NCBI GenBank assembly: GCA_963787255.1
Contig: CAWBCJ010000029.1
Span: 64,001-128,000 of the forward strand
DNA length: 64,000 nucleotides
Direction of reading: 5' to 3'
Source of the DNA: Methanobacteriota archaeon
GTDB taxonomy: Archaea > Methanobacteriota > Methanobacteria > Methanobacteriales > Methanobacteriaceae
Both the position numbers and the translations under genes were made by a program. The notes under the pieces are model-generated. The model saw only the letters and a list, made by a program, of their open reading frames with translations, searched no databases and was not told the origin of the DNA. This document shows positions 15,676 through 27,176 of this stretch, one piece after another; positions within the stretch are counted from its first letter, which is position 1; each line of letters begins with the position of its first letter.

Positions 15676-15782
15676 GAATTTATTATTTTTCATTTACTCT
15701 TTTTATGATTTATTATATTTCAGTTCGTTATTACTTTGCTCTAAACCATCAATAAATTTATCTCTTGATATAGCCCAAATTA

Positions 15783-16859
15783 CTAACTTTTTAATTCTTT
15801 TTTAAGTTTTATAAGGGTTATTTCATTTCTTGAACCAAATCTCATAGGTGGACCCCACGTTCCAGTTCCCTGAGAAACATAAAGACTTGTCCCGTTATAT
15901 TCATAGAGCCCATTGAAATATGGAAAAACAAGCCGACCCAAAAAGTTAAATGGGAAAAACTGTCCTTTATGGGTGTGACCGGAAATTTGCAGATCAATAC
16001 CTGCTTTATTTGCAGCTTTCAGTTCACTAGGTACATGATACATCAAAATTGAAGGTTTTGATTGATCTATCTCTAATTGGGAAAGCACTTTCTTAAGATG
16101 CTGTTTCTCAAATGCATAATCAACGCCTATTATTTGTATATCCTGAATTTCAACCATTTCGTCCCGTAATATGTTAATTTTTGTAGTTTTAAGGACTTCA
16201 AAAACATTTTCTAATCCATCATAAACTTCATGATTACCTATAACCAAAAATACAGGTGCTTTAAGATTATCTATCGCATTAAACATATTTGGATGTAGTT
16301 TAGCGCTGCCATCTATGGTATCTCCAGTTATCAATACAATATCTGGATTTAATGTATTCGTTTTTTCAACTATTTTCTTCATAAATCCTGAATTTCTTAT
16401 TGAACCTATATGTATGTCGCTTAGCTGAACTATTTTCGCATTCCTCTTTAAAGTAGGAATATTGATTTCAACATCCTTAATTTCAAGAGATATACTGTTT
16501 AATATAGAATATGCACTTATGACCGAAGCAAGCGCTATTATTCCAATTACTGCTGTAATTGGAGGTATATAAAAAATTAAATTGAGTATTTCGTATCCAA
16601 TCAGAATGAATATAACGAAAATGGAAATTCCCATCCATGCAGAGGAAAAGGTATAAAAAGCACGCGTAAATGCATGTGAAACTGCTCTTTCAAGGACAGT
16701 GGCCGCTGGAAAAGATATTGCAAATAAAAAAACAAGCGAATATATTGTAGTTGTGGATAACTTTAATAGATTGCCCATTGTAAAGAAGATGAAGTAGTTA
16801 AGAGCAAGAAATGAGACAAAAATTACTGACATGAATATGGCTAGTTGAATTATTCTCAT
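15783..16859 (-). CDS. Membrane-anchored metallophosphoesterase (YkuE/YaeI-like)
   Basis: SDIH, TGD, GNHE, H, GHTH calcineurin-like motifs; N-terminal TM helices. Confidence 0.88.
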   Translation of the reverse strand: MRIIQLAIFMSVIFVSFLALNYFIFFTMGNLLKLSTTTIYSLVFLFAISFPAATVLERAVSHAFTRAFYTFSSAWMGISIFVIFILIGYEILNLIFYIPPITAVIGIIALASVISAYSILNSISLEIKDVEINIPTLKRNAKIVQLSDIHIGSIRNSGFMKKIVEKTNTLNPDIVLITGDTIDGSAKLHPNMFNAIDNLKAPVFLVIGNHEVYDGLENVFEVLKTTKINILRDEMVEIQDIQIIGVDYAFEKQHLKKVLSQLEIDQSKPSILMYHVPSELKAANKAGIDLQISGHTHKGQFFPFNFLGRLVFPYFNGLYEYNGTSLYVSQGTGTWGPPMRFGSRNEITLIKLKKELKS

Positions 16860-16978
16860 TATTAAACTCCGGTGCAAAATAGATTTAATTACATTGATGT
16901 GATTAGATTGTATATATCAAACAAAACATTTTAATTTTTCTCTTATAAAAAAAATAAATTGCATAAATCATGAAATAA

Positions 16979-17890
16979 TTAGAGAATGGATGATTCAGGT
17001 AGTAGTTTAACCATTGTATAATCATACATGAAGGACTTTTTAATTTCAGAAACGTCCTTTAAGAAGTAATCATCAACTTTAACATTTCCAATCTCATCTT
17101 TATATTTTCCATAGTTAAGTTTAACCCTTACACCGTCAAGCTGGCTTGTTACAGGTAAAGGAGAATAAATTTCTTTAATTGCAGGTATTTGGTTTTCAAT
17201 TTCGGTTTTAACTAATATTGAGGGCACTATGGGCGGATCTTCAGAAATTTCCTTTCTTCTATCATCTAAAATACTTTCAGTAACTTCTACAAGATTTCTA
17301 AGTGCTCTAATGTTTTCTCCACGCTTTAACCTTCTTGGAATTCTTCCTAAACCTCCAACATATGCTGTTGCTCCCGGAAGTTCATCTATGTTAATGTCTG
17401 GAGCGCCGGTTACAACTACAGGTATCTCAATATCTTCAAATAGATGTTTTTTATTTAATATGCACTCCCTGAAACTTCCAAGTGCGAAAACTGCCAGGTC
17501 ATGTTCTTCAATAAGGTTTTTTTCATCTTCTGAAATTCTTGATATACCCTTTCCTGCTCCACGGGATAAACCTATCATATTATCCTTTGCACCATATCTT
17601 CTTAGGTATTCTGAAATATCACAGGCAGAATGGGGAAGATGTTGCCTTGCAAGCGTTGGAGAAACTATCGCAATTTCTGTACCGGCCATTGGAGCAACTT
17701 TTATTGTTCCAAGTAGTTCATTTGCTTTTTCTTTTACTTTATCCGTATCTTCTATAGGAACAGCGAGTGTAATTACCAGATCCATTTGACTTAAATTTTC
17801 TTGAAGCACGAACCCGCCCAGATCTTCTATTAATTCTGTTATCTCTTCATGCTTGTGAACTCCACCAGTATAAGTTAATGTTTCATACAT
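16979..17890 (-). CDS. mmp7: Methanogenesis marker protein 7
   Basis: [15 protein letters not shown]; [25 protein letters not shown]. Confidence 0.92.
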   Translation of the reverse strand: MYETLTYTGGVHKHEEITELIEDLGGFVLQENLSQMDLVITLAVPIEDTDKVKEKANELLGTIKVAPMAGTEIAIVSPTLARQHLPHSACDISEYLRRYGAKDNMIGLSRGAGKGISRISEDEKNLIEEHDLAVFALGSFRECILNKKHLFEDIEIPVVVTGAPDINIDELPGATAYVGGLGRIPRRLKRGENIRALRNLVEVTESILDDRRKEISEDPPIVPSILVKTEIENQIPAIKEIYSPLPVTSQLDGVRVKLNYGKYKDEIGNVKVDDYFLKDVSEIKKSFMYDYTMVKLLPESSIL

Positions 17891-18393
17891 AATTCTTTCT
17901 CCAGAATATTATAACGCATTTCAGCCCTTTTTATGGGATTTAATGGCACGTTTTTGTGGGAAGGTATTTCAACTGTTTTTATATTATCTTCCATTTCATT
18001 TATTTTATCTTTCATATAATCCGGATAAACTACAAAATCATAATCTTCTTTAACTATCTTAAAGCCCATATCTTCCACTATCTCTTTTAAAAAATTTGAA
18101 TAAACTTTTACTTTTATCTTTCGATTTTTATCTTTCTTAGAAAAAGTTATGTCTTTTATTTCACAATCAGTACCAAATGTTGTAGAAATTAGTTCTATGC
18201 TTTGATTAATTTGTGAAAAGGTGTTTAATTTAATTTTGATGGATTCAGTTGAAAGTTCAGATTCTGATAAAATCACTGCAATATCTGCGTTTACAGAATC
18301 TGGATCTTTAGTTACAATATATTCTGAAACACCTGCAATTTTCAATATTTCCGCACACATTGGAGTTGTTACAACTTTTAAGGAAGATTTCAT
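17875..18393 (-). CDS. Hypothetical protein overlapping the start of mmp7
   Basis: 172-aa ORF; VVTTPMC motif; 16-nt overlap with mmp7. Confidence 0.7.
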   Translation of the reverse strand: MKSSLKVVTTPMCAEILKIAGVSEYIVTKDPDSVNADIAVILSESELSTESIKIKLNTFSQINQSIELISTTFGTDCEIKDITFSKKDKNRKIKVKVYSNFLKEIVEDMGFKIVKEDYDFVVYPDYMKDKINEMEDNIKTVEIPSHKNVPLNPIKRAEMRYNILEKELCMKH

Positions 18394-18581
18394 GGTCTAT
18401 CATTGGTGTTAAAATAATTTAAATTTGATGTTTTTATTTTAGTTAAACTAAAATATTAACAATTACATAATTAATATTACAAACATGAGGTGTTCTGCAA
18501 GACACTTAATGGCATATTTAAAAGCAAAACTGGTTTAAAGACATAATTTTAAAAATTTAATTAGAAAAAAAGGTGATTAAC

Positions 18582-18848
18582 ATGAAAATAGACGATATTA
18601 AAGGTAAAGAAGTGATAGATGGTAACGGAAACAAAATCGGCGTAGTTGAGGATATTGATTTAGATCTTAGAAGCCGTAAAGTGGAAGGTCTTGTACTTAG
18701 AGAAGGGGGCCTTACTGCTAAAATAGGATTGGGCGATAAAAGAACTGTTCCTTGCAGTATGATTGATAAAATTGGAGAGAAAATCCTTTTAAAAGGGAAA
18801 GAATCCCTCAGCCAACATGATTTAGATGTTATAACTGGTGGAGAATAG
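18582..18848 (+). CDS. PRC-barrel domain protein
   Basis: IKGKEVIDGNGNKIGVVEDIDLD...VP...I.KIGEKILL; AGGTGAT RBS. Confidence 0.88.
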   Translation: MKIDDIKGKEVIDGNGNKIGVVEDIDLDLRSRKVEGLVLREGGLTAKIGLGDKRTVPCSMIDKIGEKILLKGKESLSQHDLDVITGGE

Positions 18849-18988
18849 TTAGAAACCTATAAAAAAAGAATATAAATAACAATAAACATTATTTCTTTTT
18901 TTAATGTTAAATAATTTTTATTTTAAAATTTGAATAAAGTACACCAAAATAAATGAAATCCTAAAAACATTTCATTCATTTCCCCATA

Positions 18989-19246
18989 TTATTCATCGAA
19001 TTTTGATTTAATAAATGCTACAATAACTTTTCTGAAAAATTCTCTTTTATTAAAATCAGATAACTCATCATAAATAGATAATAGTTGGTAAGTATCGAAA
19101 AGATGATTTTTCACTGCATTTTCGACAGCTAGCATCTCTAATTCATCATCATATCCTCTATTTGACGTATTATTGAAAAAAGATCCCCCCATGCTCATTT
19201 TATATTCATCAATGATTGAATTCATCTTTTTATCATCTTTATTCAA
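18989..19246 (-). CDS. Hypothetical protein
   Basis: 85-aa ORF, TTG start preceded by GGGGAGGA RBS. Confidence 0.55.
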   Translation of the reverse strand: MNKDDKKMNSIIDEYKMSMGGSFFNNTSNRGYDDELEMLAVENAVKNHLFDTYQLLSIYDELSDFNKREFFRKVIVAFIKSKFDE

Positions 19247-19454
19247 TTTTATCCTCCCCTAACTGTAATGTGTCCTTTTTATTTTAATATGCACTTAAAG
19301 TACTTAAATTATATGAATGATGTTTTAAACTCCTTAAATCCATTTAATCTGAAAAATATGTATTTATTAATTATTTATACAAACATTTATATAATTAATT
19401 CACAATAAATTAACATAAGACCAGTCTAATTTTGGTCGAAAGGATGTGAATGAA

Positions 19455-19667
19455 TTGTTCGGAACAGATCAAGGTTCAAAAACAGCCCCTATCGAAGAAG
19501 GGAAAGAATATGATGTTAAAATAGAAGATGTGGGTAAAGAAGGCGATGGTATTACCCGTATAGAAGGTTTTGTGGTATTCGTACCAAATACAAAAGCTGG
19601 AGATGAGGTTAGAGTCAGAATTGTTTCTGTTAGAAGGCGTTTTGGTTTTGCTGAAAAAGTTGAGTAA
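19455..19667 (+). CDS. Single-TRAM-domain RNA chaperone
   Basis: [36 protein letters not shown]...FGFA; TTG start after AGGATGTGA. Confidence 0.92.
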   Translation: MFGTDQGSKTAPIEEGKEYDVKIEDVGKEGDGITRIEGFVVFVPNTKAGDEVRVRIVSVRRRFGFAEKVE

Positions 19668-19718
19668 ACTTTCCAATTAATTTTTATTTAACTAAATTAC
19701 TATTTTTGGTGCATTTTA

Positions 19719-20387
19719 ATGCAAGTTACTTTAAGTTTTGAAAAATCACTTTCCAGAGATGTTGCTGTAATGGTTGATGTTTTAAGAGCAAGCACCACCA
19801 TAACAGTTGCTTTAGACAATTTTAATCAGATTATTGCCGTAAAAGATAAAGGAAAAGCAATTGAACTTGCAGGAAAACATCAAACTGTCCTTGCAGGTGA
19901 AAGGGAAGGAGCTAAAATTGAAGGTTTTGATACAGGGAATTCACCTGTTGAAATAAAAAATTTTAGTGGAAAATGTCTTGTGCTTACTACAAGCAACGGT
20001 ACAAGGATTCTTGAGGGAATGAATGCAAAAGCATTGATTGGATCATTTATTAATGCAAAAGCGGTGGCTAAAGCAGCTTCTGAAATTGCAGATAATCATA
20101 TTGAAATTGTAATGGCAGGAGTAAGAGGACAATTTGCCATCGAGGATTTCTTAGGCGCCGGCGAGATTATATCAAACCTTACAGACTACAAACTTGATGA
20201 AATGGCACTTTCAGCTTACATGGCATCAAGAGATGATGAGATGGTCAATAAAGCAGTCCTGAATTCTAGCTCTGCTTTAGGACTTCAAAAACTTGGATAT
20301 AATAAAGATATAATTTTTAGTATTAAAAAAGATATATATAATGTAGTTCCTATTTACAAGGAAGGGATTATAAAAAAATTAGACTAA
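19719..20387 (+). CDS. comB: 2-phosphosulfolactate phosphatase (CoM biosynthesis)
   Basis: [31 protein letters not shown]. Confidence 0.92.
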   Translation: MQVTLSFEKSLSRDVAVMVDVLRASTTITVALDNFNQIIAVKDKGKAIELAGKHQTVLAGEREGAKIEGFDTGNSPVEIKNFSGKCLVLTTSNGTRILEGMNAKALIGSFINAKAVAKAASEIADNHIEIVMAGVRGQFAIEDFLGAGEIISNLTDYKLDEMALSAYMASRDDEMVNKAVLNSSSALGLQKLGYNKDIIFSIKKDIYNVVPIYKEGIIKKLD

Positions 20388-20400
20388 TGTGAGATTTATC

Positions 20401-21561
20401 ATGGCGCCACAATCACTGGAAATAATTGGAACAGCACATGTTTCAGAAAAAAGTGTTGAAAAGGTAAGAAACACTATTTTAGAGAAAAAACCCGATGTTG
20501 TAGGGGTCGAATTATGCATAAACCGCTATAACAATCTAATGAATGAAAGAAATGGCATAGATCAAAAAAAGGAATTTCAAATTAAAGAATTAATAAAAGG
20601 CGACAATTTAACATTATTTTTAATAAGCGGATTTCTTTCATATATGCAACGTAAAATAGGAGATGATGTAGGAGTAAAGCCGGGGTCAGAGATGCTAGCT
20701 GCTATTGATGCCGCAAATGAAGTGGGAGCACGCGTTGCCTTAATAGATAGAGATATTTCAATCACTTTAAACAGGGCCATCAAAAAAATGAGCTTTGTTG
20801 AAAAAATGAAGTTCATATACGGCATTATAGCCTCATTTTTCAGTAAAGATGATGATATCAAAGATATCGATAGCATAACTGAAGGAGATGCATTACAAGA
20901 AGTTATGGAATATTTTCAGGAGATGTCACCGAAAGCGTACGATGTTCTGGTAACAGAAAGGGACGCTTACATGGCAAAAATGCTTTTAGATATTAATGAA
21001 GAAAATGTAGTGGCAGTTGTAGGTGCAGGGCATCAAAGCGGGATTAAAAAGTACATGGACAATCCAGATATTCTTCCTTCCTTTGAAGAGCTATTAAGTA
21101 TTAAAAAATCCAAAGTGTCGATAGGAAAAGTGGCTTTGTTCCTAATACCTATCATTTTTATCTTGATATTCGTACTGGCTTTTTTTAACGGGATAAACAT
21201 ACAGACAAGCATTTTTCAATATATTTTAATAACAAGCAGTTTATCTTTTGTTGGTTGTATTTTGTCAGGTTCAAAAATTTATTCTGCAATAACTGCATTT
21301 ATTGTCGCCCCACTAACCGTTTTACACCCTCTTCTTGCTGCAGGGTGGTTTTCAGGGCTTGTTGAGGCTAAAAAGAGAAAGGTGGGTATGAATGATTTAG
21401 CAGGCTTTAAAGAATGCGATAGTGTAAGGGATTTCTGGGACAATAATCTTTTTAGAGTACTACTTGTTGTGGTTGGAACCAATATTGGCGCCAGTATAGG
21501 GGCAATTCTTACAATACCCAATGTTTTCTATCCGCTTATAAGTAAAATTTTCGGTGGATGA
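20401..21561 (+). CDS. TraB/PrgY/GumN (pheromone-shutdown-like) membrane protein
   Basis: GTAHVS, VELC..R, PG.EM, DRDI..TL.R, ERD.YM, VVGAGH; C-terminal TM helices. Confidence 0.9.
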   Translation: MAPQSLEIIGTAHVSEKSVEKVRNTILEKKPDVVGVELCINRYNNLMNERNGIDQKKEFQIKELIKGDNLTLFLISGFLSYMQRKIGDDVGVKPGSEMLAAIDAANEVGARVALIDRDISITLNRAIKKMSFVEKMKFIYGIIASFFSKDDDIKDIDSITEGDALQEVMEYFQEMSPKAYDVLVTERDAYMAKMLLDINEENVVAVVGAGHQSGIKKYMDNPDILPSFEELLSIKKSKVSIGKVALFLIPIIFILIFVLAFFNGINIQTSIFQYILITSSLSFVGCILSGSKIYSAITAFIVAPLTVLHPLLAAGWFSGLVEAKKRKVGMNDLAGFKECDSVRDFWDNNLFRVLLVVVGTNIGASIGAILTIPNVFYPLISKIFGG

Positions 21562-21747
21562 TAACTAATTTAAACCCCCCCAAATTCATTAATTTCAATT
21601 ATCAAATAATTATAAATCAAAAAAAAATATTCCTTTTATAAATTTATTGAAAAATTTTAAATGAATTAGATGATACAATGTAATACAGTTTGTGAATAAC
21701 TAAAAATATTCATTAAACAATTTTTTACTAGGATTAAGCGTGATTTC

Positions 21748-21960
21748 ATGTACCTGATATTTAGATGCAACTGTGGGCGTGCAATGTACTCCAGAGAAGG
21801 AGTTATACAGAAAAAATGCGTCTGTGGTAATACTTTTAAATTAAAAAGTCGTCGCATCATTGCAAAGGTAGAAGATGCCCAATTAGCTTCAAAGAAAGTT
21901 AGGGAACTTCAAGAAGAAAAATATGGCGAAGCGTACTTTACAACTGCTGATAAAATCTGA
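21748..21960 (+). CDS. DUF1922 Zn-ribbon protein
   Basis: [12 protein letters not shown]......KKCVCG... Confidence 0.8.
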   Translation: MYLIFRCNCGRAMYSREGVIQKKCVCGNTFKLKSRRIIAKVEDAQLASKKVRELQEEKYGEAYFTTADKI

Positions 21961-22024
21961 AATTCTAAAACCATAAGATCAAGTTGTTAGATTTATCGGC
22001 TTAGAAAAAGGACAGTTTAATCTC

Positions 22025-23614
22025 ATGACAAGCAGTATCTATAATTTCACCAAAAAAGGCGAGAGAAAAAATATAGAATTTAAAGAAGGCTTGAAGAGGG
22101 CTTATCATCTTCAAAAAGATCGGAAGCAGCGCCTTGCATCCCAGATGAAGTATCGAATGGAGCGCGGAGATGGAGAAGCCATATATTTCATTGGCGTTGA
22201 TGACGATGGTAATTTAATAGGTCTTGACGAAGAAAATTTTGAAGAATCACTTTTTGTTTTAAAAAATATAGCGGAAGAAACAGGTTCATCTATTTTAAAG
22301 GTTGAAAAATATTCTGCAGATAATGGACAGGTGGCAAAGGTCCTGATTGGTAAAAGAAATCTTGATAAGAAGGATCATATGCTTGTAGGTGTTGCAGGGC
22401 ATGTAGATCATGGAAAAAGCACCCTCGTAGGTACTTTAACCACTGGAAACCTGGATAACGGCTCAGGTAGGACAAGGATCTTTTTAGACCTGCAAAAACA
22501 TGAAATAGAGCGTGGTCTTTCTGCAGATCTTTCTTTTGCAATATATGGATTCTGCAAAGACCAACCTTTAAGAGTTAAAAACCCCCTAAATAAAAAAGAA
22601 AAAGCAAAGCTTGTTGAAGAATGTGATAAGGTTATATCATTTGTAGACACCGTAGGGCACGAACCGTGGCTTAGAACAACCATTAGAGGAATTGTAGGTC
22701 AGAAACTTAATTATGGTCTTGTTACAGTTGCTGCAAATGAGGGTCCAACCCGTATTACTAAAGAACATCTTGGAATTATAATGGCTATGGAACTACCAGT
22801 TATAATTGCAATAACCAAAATTGACATGGTTAGCGAAGAAAAATCCCGGGAAGTTAAGAATAAAGTTTTTGAGCTCTTAAAACTGGTGGGTAGAATCCCT
22901 TACATGGTAAAAACTAGAGAAGACGCCCAATTTGTGGCTGAAAATATGAATGAACACTTGGTTCCAGTGATAAATGTTTCTTCATTAACTGGAAATGGTT
23001 TAAACCTGTTTGATGATTTATTTTTAAATTTACCCATTATTGACGATGCTGAAAATAGGGAAAAACCATTTATGATGTATATTGATAAAGTATATTCTGT
23101 TATTGGTGTTGGAACAGTTGTAAGCGGTACAATAAGACAGGGAAAAGTTAATAAAGGAGATCGATTGCTTTTAGGTCCTGATGGTTCTGGAAGATTCATT
23201 GAAGTTGGAGTTAAGACCATGGAAATGCACCACTACAAAAAAGACCATGCAGAAGTTGGTGAAGTGGTTGGTATTTCTATTACCGGCGTTGATATGGATG
23301 ATATTAAGCGAGGTATGATACTTTGCTCTTCAGATTATGAAATGAATGCTGTCAGAGATTTCGAGGCAGATGTGGCCATACTGGTGCATCCCACAACAAT
23401 TAGAGATGGTTACGAATGTATAACTCACATTGAAACAATTGCAGAAACTACGGCCTTTGAGCCTCTGGATAAAGAATACATGTCAGCAGGAGACAACGGT
23501 AAAGTTAGAATGAGATTTAAATACAGACCTTATTGTGTTAAAGAAGGTCAGAAGATAATATTCAGGGAAGGAAGAAGTAAGGGAATAGGTACGATCACCA
23601 AGATTATTGAATAA
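22025..23614 (+). CDS. Archaeal GTPBP1/2-family translational GTPase with N-terminal Schlafen/AlbA_2-like domain
   Basis: [20 protein letters not shown] motifs; EF-Tu-like domains II and III ending [10 protein letters not shown]; N-terminal E..NIEFK...[10 protein letters not shown]. Confidence 0.9.
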   Translation: MTSSIYNFTKKGERKNIEFKEGLKRAYHLQKDRKQRLASQMKYRMERGDGEAIYFIGVDDDGNLIGLDEENFEESLFVLKNIAEETGSSILKVEKYSADNGQVAKVLIGKRNLDKKDHMLVGVAGHVDHGKSTLVGTLTTGNLDNGSGRTRIFLDLQKHEIERGLSADLSFAIYGFCKDQPLRVKNPLNKKEKAKLVEECDKVISFVDTVGHEPWLRTTIRGIVGQKLNYGLVTVAANEGPTRITKEHLGIIMAMELPVIIAITKIDMVSEEKSREVKNKVFELLKLVGRIPYMVKTREDAQFVAENMNEHLVPVINVSSLTGNGLNLFDDLFLNLPIIDDAENREKPFMMYIDKVYSVIGVGTVVSGTIRQGKVNKGDRLLLGPDGSGRFIEVGVKTMEMHHYKKDHAEVGEVVGISITGVDMDDIKRGMILCSSDYEMNAVRDFEADVAILVHPTTIRDGYECITHIETIAETTAFEPLDKEYMSAGDNGKVRMRFKYRPYCVKEGQKIIFREGRSKGIGTITKIIE

Positions 23615-23813
23615 AATTTAATCATGACCAGTAATCTATGAAACTTACATGTACGATTCAGCCACCAGAAAAGCATCTGACAGCCAATACATTTGTCAAT
23701 GTAATTGATAACATACTTTTTTAACCAGTAAATCCCTATTTTATTTTTTCATTAAAAAAACATGAATGGAATGAGATTTTAGAAAAAATAGAATAATTTT
23801 TTATGAAATTATT

Positions 23814-24653
23814 TTACAAATTTATCTCATCAAGCATTTCACATACCTTGCAAATATTCATCGATGATGGTTCGCCACATTTTTCACATTCATATAAACT
23901 GGCAGGCTTTTTTTCAAATTGGAATGTTTTATCAAAGGATTTAAGTATATTTGCCTTAATTCCTTTTCTTTTGGATTCCATTTTATTTAGAAATTCCTTC
24001 ATTTTAGACCTTGCAGACATGTGAGAATAAGGACACTCTGCAAAATGAACTTTTACCTCGTTTAAAACTGCCCACGTTCCAACATCCTTTTCAGACACCT
24101 GCCAGAGGGGTTTAATCCTTGGAATGAGCTTGGGATGAATTGTATCCAGTTTCGGTCCGAACTTTGAAAACCTTCTAAAATCTGCCCTTGCAAAGCTCAT
24201 AATAAAGGACTGTATTTCATCATCCATGTTGTGACCAGTTGCAATTTTACTGGCACCAACTTCATAAGCAGTTCGGTTTAACAAATATCTTCTAAAAACT
24301 CCACATGGTATGCATGCGCTCTTATAATTACTGAAAATATTATCAAGATTAAAATTAAATTCACCAAAAAATGATTTTTCAATTAATTCAATCTCTGCTT
24401 CTTCAGCATTTTTCCTTGCTGCTTCTACACCTTCATTTCGGTATCCAGAAATACCTTCATCAATTGTTATGGCTATTAAATTAATATTAAACTCTTCTTT
24501 AAACTTATTCAGCATGTGTAAAGTTAAAATACTGTCTTTTCCACCAGAAAGAGCTATGGCTATCGTTTCATTTTTTTCAAGCAGTTTATATTTTTCAATT
24601 GTTTTTCTTATAGTGTTTTCAATGTTTTTGTTGAAATCTTCTTTTTTAACCAT
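23814..24653 (-). CDS. TIGR00269 TtcA/Ncs6-family tRNA thiolase
   Basis: PP-loop SGGKDS, CIPCGVFRR, ATGHNMDDE, CPY, C-terminal CxxC..CxxC. Confidence 0.88.
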   Translation of the reverse strand: MVKKEDFNKNIENTIRKTIEKYKLLEKNETIAIALSGGKDSILTLHMLNKFKEEFNINLIAITIDEGISGYRNEGVEAARKNAEEAEIELIEKSFFGEFNFNLDNIFSNYKSACIPCGVFRRYLLNRTAYEVGASKIATGHNMDDEIQSFIMSFARADFRRFSKFGPKLDTIHPKLIPRIKPLWQVSEKDVGTWAVLNEVKVHFAECPYSHMSARSKMKEFLNKMESKRKGIKANILKSFDKTFQFEKKPASLYECEKCGEPSSMNICKVCEMLDEINL

Positions 24654-24866
24654 GTGATCAAAATTATTTACTGATTATTAAAAATAATTTGTGTTGAATA
24701 AAATTTTTTTTATATTTTTATGTGAAATTTAATTAAATGGTTTCATGATTCAGATTTTAAATATTTAAGCTATTTATGGGCGCTATAAAACAAAAATTGA
24801 TTTTTAAACGTTTTTTTTTAAATATGGGAATTAAGATTTTATATTATTACATACATATTAATTATT

Positions 24867-25169
24867 ATGATAACTGCAGAACTTACCGTAATTCCTATTG
24901 GAACGGGAGACACAAGTTTAAGTAAGTATGTGGCCGTTGCTGTGTCTACTTTAGATAAAATGGGAATAAAATATCAAATAAATGGTGTAGGTACTTTAAT
25001 TGAAACAGATAATGCTGAAAAACTCTTTGATGCTGTTAAAGCTGTTCATGAAGCCATATTCAATGAAGGTGCGAAAAGAGTTTCAACTCACGTAAAAATA
25101 GATGATAGACGCGATGTTGAAAAAACAATGGAAGAAAAAGTGGAATCAGTTAAAGAAAAACTTGCATAA
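24867..25169 (+). CDS. MTH1187/YkoF thiamine-binding-like protein
   Basis: AELTVIPIGT..TSLSKYVA...GT.IE...RV.T..KIDDRRD. Confidence 0.9.
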   Translation: MITAELTVIPIGTGDTSLSKYVAVAVSTLDKMGIKYQINGVGTLIETDNAEKLFDAVKAVHEAIFNEGAKRVSTHVKIDDRRDVEKTMEEKVESVKEKLA

Positions 25170-25283
25170 ACCAAATAGCACCACAATTTGAAAAAATCTG
25201 TTTTTTAAATTAATTAGGTTAATTTAAAATCTAATATTTATTTTAAAACTAATAATATCACCTAAAAATTAAAAAATAGTTTA

Positions 25284-26381
25284 TTAAATTAGAAATCTAT
25301 CTGAAGCATCCTCAAGAACTGAAACTATTTTTCCAAGGTCTTCTGCCGTCAGCGCAGGATTTACCGGGATTGAAAGAACTTCTGCTGCTGCTTTTTCTGC
25401 TTCAAGACAGTTAGCAGTATACCCTAAATCTTCATAAAGTTTCTGCTTATAAATTGGTTTAGGATAATGTATCCCTGTTCCAATTCCTTCTTTGTTTAAA
25501 AAATCTCTTAATTCATCCCTTTTACCTTTACTAACTCTAATGGTATACTGGTGAAACACATGCTTCACATTTTCTTGGACAAACGGGGGTTCAATACCTT
25601 CAATATATTTTATATGCTCTGTAAGATATTCTGCGTTTTCAATTCTTTTTTCATTAAACCCATCAAGCCTTTTAAGTTGAACAACCCCTATTGCAGCGGC
25701 AATATCAGTCATTCGGAAATTATAACCTAAAATAACGTGTTCATATCTTTCGCTTTCACCGTGTGCTCTTAAAGCACGGGCATCATGATCAAATTCCTTA
25801 TTATTAGTGGTTATTATACCCCCTTCGCTTGTGGTGATGTTTTTTGTAGGATAAAAGCTGAAACATCCCATATCTCCCCATAGGCCCACATTAATATTAT
25901 TATATACCGCACCGTGAGCCTGTGCAGCATCTTCAATTACCTTCAAACCATGATTTTCAGCTATTTTATTTATCTTGCCCATATCTGCAGGCTGACCATA
26001 AAGATGAACAGGCATTATAGCCTTGGTTTTATCTGTTATGGCTTCTTCAATTAATTTAGGATTTATATTATACGTTTTTGGGTCAATATCTACAAAAACA
26101 GGCTTAGCACCAACATAAAGAATGGTGTTTGCAGTTGCAGCAAATGAAAAAGGAGTTGTTATCACTTCATCATCTTTACTTATTCCTGCACAAAGAAGAG
26201 CAACGTGCAGTGCAGTAGTCCCTGAACTTGTGGCGATAGCATGGCGAGTTCCTATATACCCTGCAAATTTTTCTTCAAATTCGGCCACTTTTGGCCCCTG
26301 TGCTATAAATCCTGACCTTAAAACAGATTCTACTTCCTTTATTTCCTCATCACCGATAAAAGGTTTGGCAATTGGTATCAT
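25284..26381 (-). CDS. DegT/DnrJ/EryC1/StrS sugar aminotransferase
   Basis: [23 protein letters not shown] (PLP Lys), GYNFRM. Confidence 0.93.
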   Translation of the reverse strand: MIPIAKPFIGDEEIKEVESVLRSGFIAQGPKVAEFEEKFAGYIGTRHAIATSSGTTALHVALLCAGISKDDEVITTPFSFAATANTILYVGAKPVFVDIDPKTYNINPKLIEEAITDKTKAIMPVHLYGQPADMGKINKIAENHGLKVIEDAAQAHGAVYNNINVGLWGDMGCFSFYPTKNITTSEGGIITTNNKEFDHDARALRAHGESERYEHVILGYNFRMTDIAAAIGVVQLKRLDGFNEKRIENAEYLTEHIKYIEGIEPPFVQENVKHVFHQYTIRVSKGKRDELRDFLNKEGIGTGIHYPKPIYKQKLYEDLGYTANCLEAEKAAAEVLSIPVNPALTAEDLGKIVSVLEDASDRFLI

Positions 26382-26639
26382 TGATTATCACCCATAATAA
26401 TATGTACAAAATTAAGTTCAAATTAAAAAATATTTTATATTATATTATTTCAGTTATAATTGTATAAATACATTAATTTAATTTTCTAAAAATTTAAATG
26501 AGATATAATGATAAAAATTAAAATAAACAGTCCAATAATCCTTTTAAATCAAAAAAATGCATTTAAATCCAATTTTATACCCATTACCTGCTTTAATTTA
26601 TTTATATCTTAGTATCTCTTTTTATTTTAATTTATAAAG

Positions 26640-27176
26640 CTAAGAAACATTAATTCTATAAAGTCCTTTTTTAATGTCATTAAATAACTTGACCACATTT
26701 TCAGGACCCATCTTACTTTTTAAAATATTATATGCATTTTTTTGGATCATATCCTCGTTTAGAAGAATTCGGAGATTAATATTTTCAATTCCACCGATCT
26801 CATATTTATCCATGATAGAAATGACAATATTTTTAATTTCTTCATCATTACTGCTTATTTCATCAATATTTTCTTTTATATATCGTTCTGCCCTCTCTTT
26901 TCGCGTAATTAATGGAGATTCAAATACCATATTAGCTATAACATCAAATGTATCTGATTCTTCTGTTTTTTCAGTCTCTTTTATGAAGCTAATGTCCATC
27001 TGCATTTCATGAAGCATGTCAATAAATTTACGCCTTTTACTGTCATCTATCCATAATTTCTGCAGTTTTTCAAAAGTTGAAACTTGTTTTTCAATGAACT
27101 TTCTGGTTATGATTTTGTATTCGGTAAAAGTAATTCTTTTACCGTTAAATTCAAGTTCTATTTCATTGCCAGACAT
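26640..27176 (-). CDS. Stand-alone EcoEI_R_C-like domain (C-terminus of a type I restriction R subunit)
   Basis: LQKLW...KRRKFI..L...DTFDVIA..VF..PLITRKERAE...MDKYE.GG pattern; own TATA box and AGGAGA RBS. Confidence 0.6.
   Translation of the reverse strand: MSGNEIELEFNGKRITFTEYKIITRKFIEKQVSTFEKLQKLWIDDSKRRKFIDMLHEMQMDISFIKETEKTEESDTFDVIANMVFESPLITRKERAERYIKENIDEISSNDEEIKNIVISIMDKYEIGGIENINLRILLNEDMIQKNAYNILKSKMGPENVVKLFNDIKKGLYRINVS

Noticed and set aside
20401-21561. TraB label suggesting conjugation
   Set aside because: This is the TraB/PrgY/GumN family, a common chromosomal gene in archaea, with no transfer genes nearby
23620-23745. Minus-strand stretch translating to KKYVINYIDKCIGCQM, like the start of a ferredoxin motif
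   Set aside because: No in-frame start codon and the CxxCxxC motif is incomplete; chance or an unrecognisable remnant
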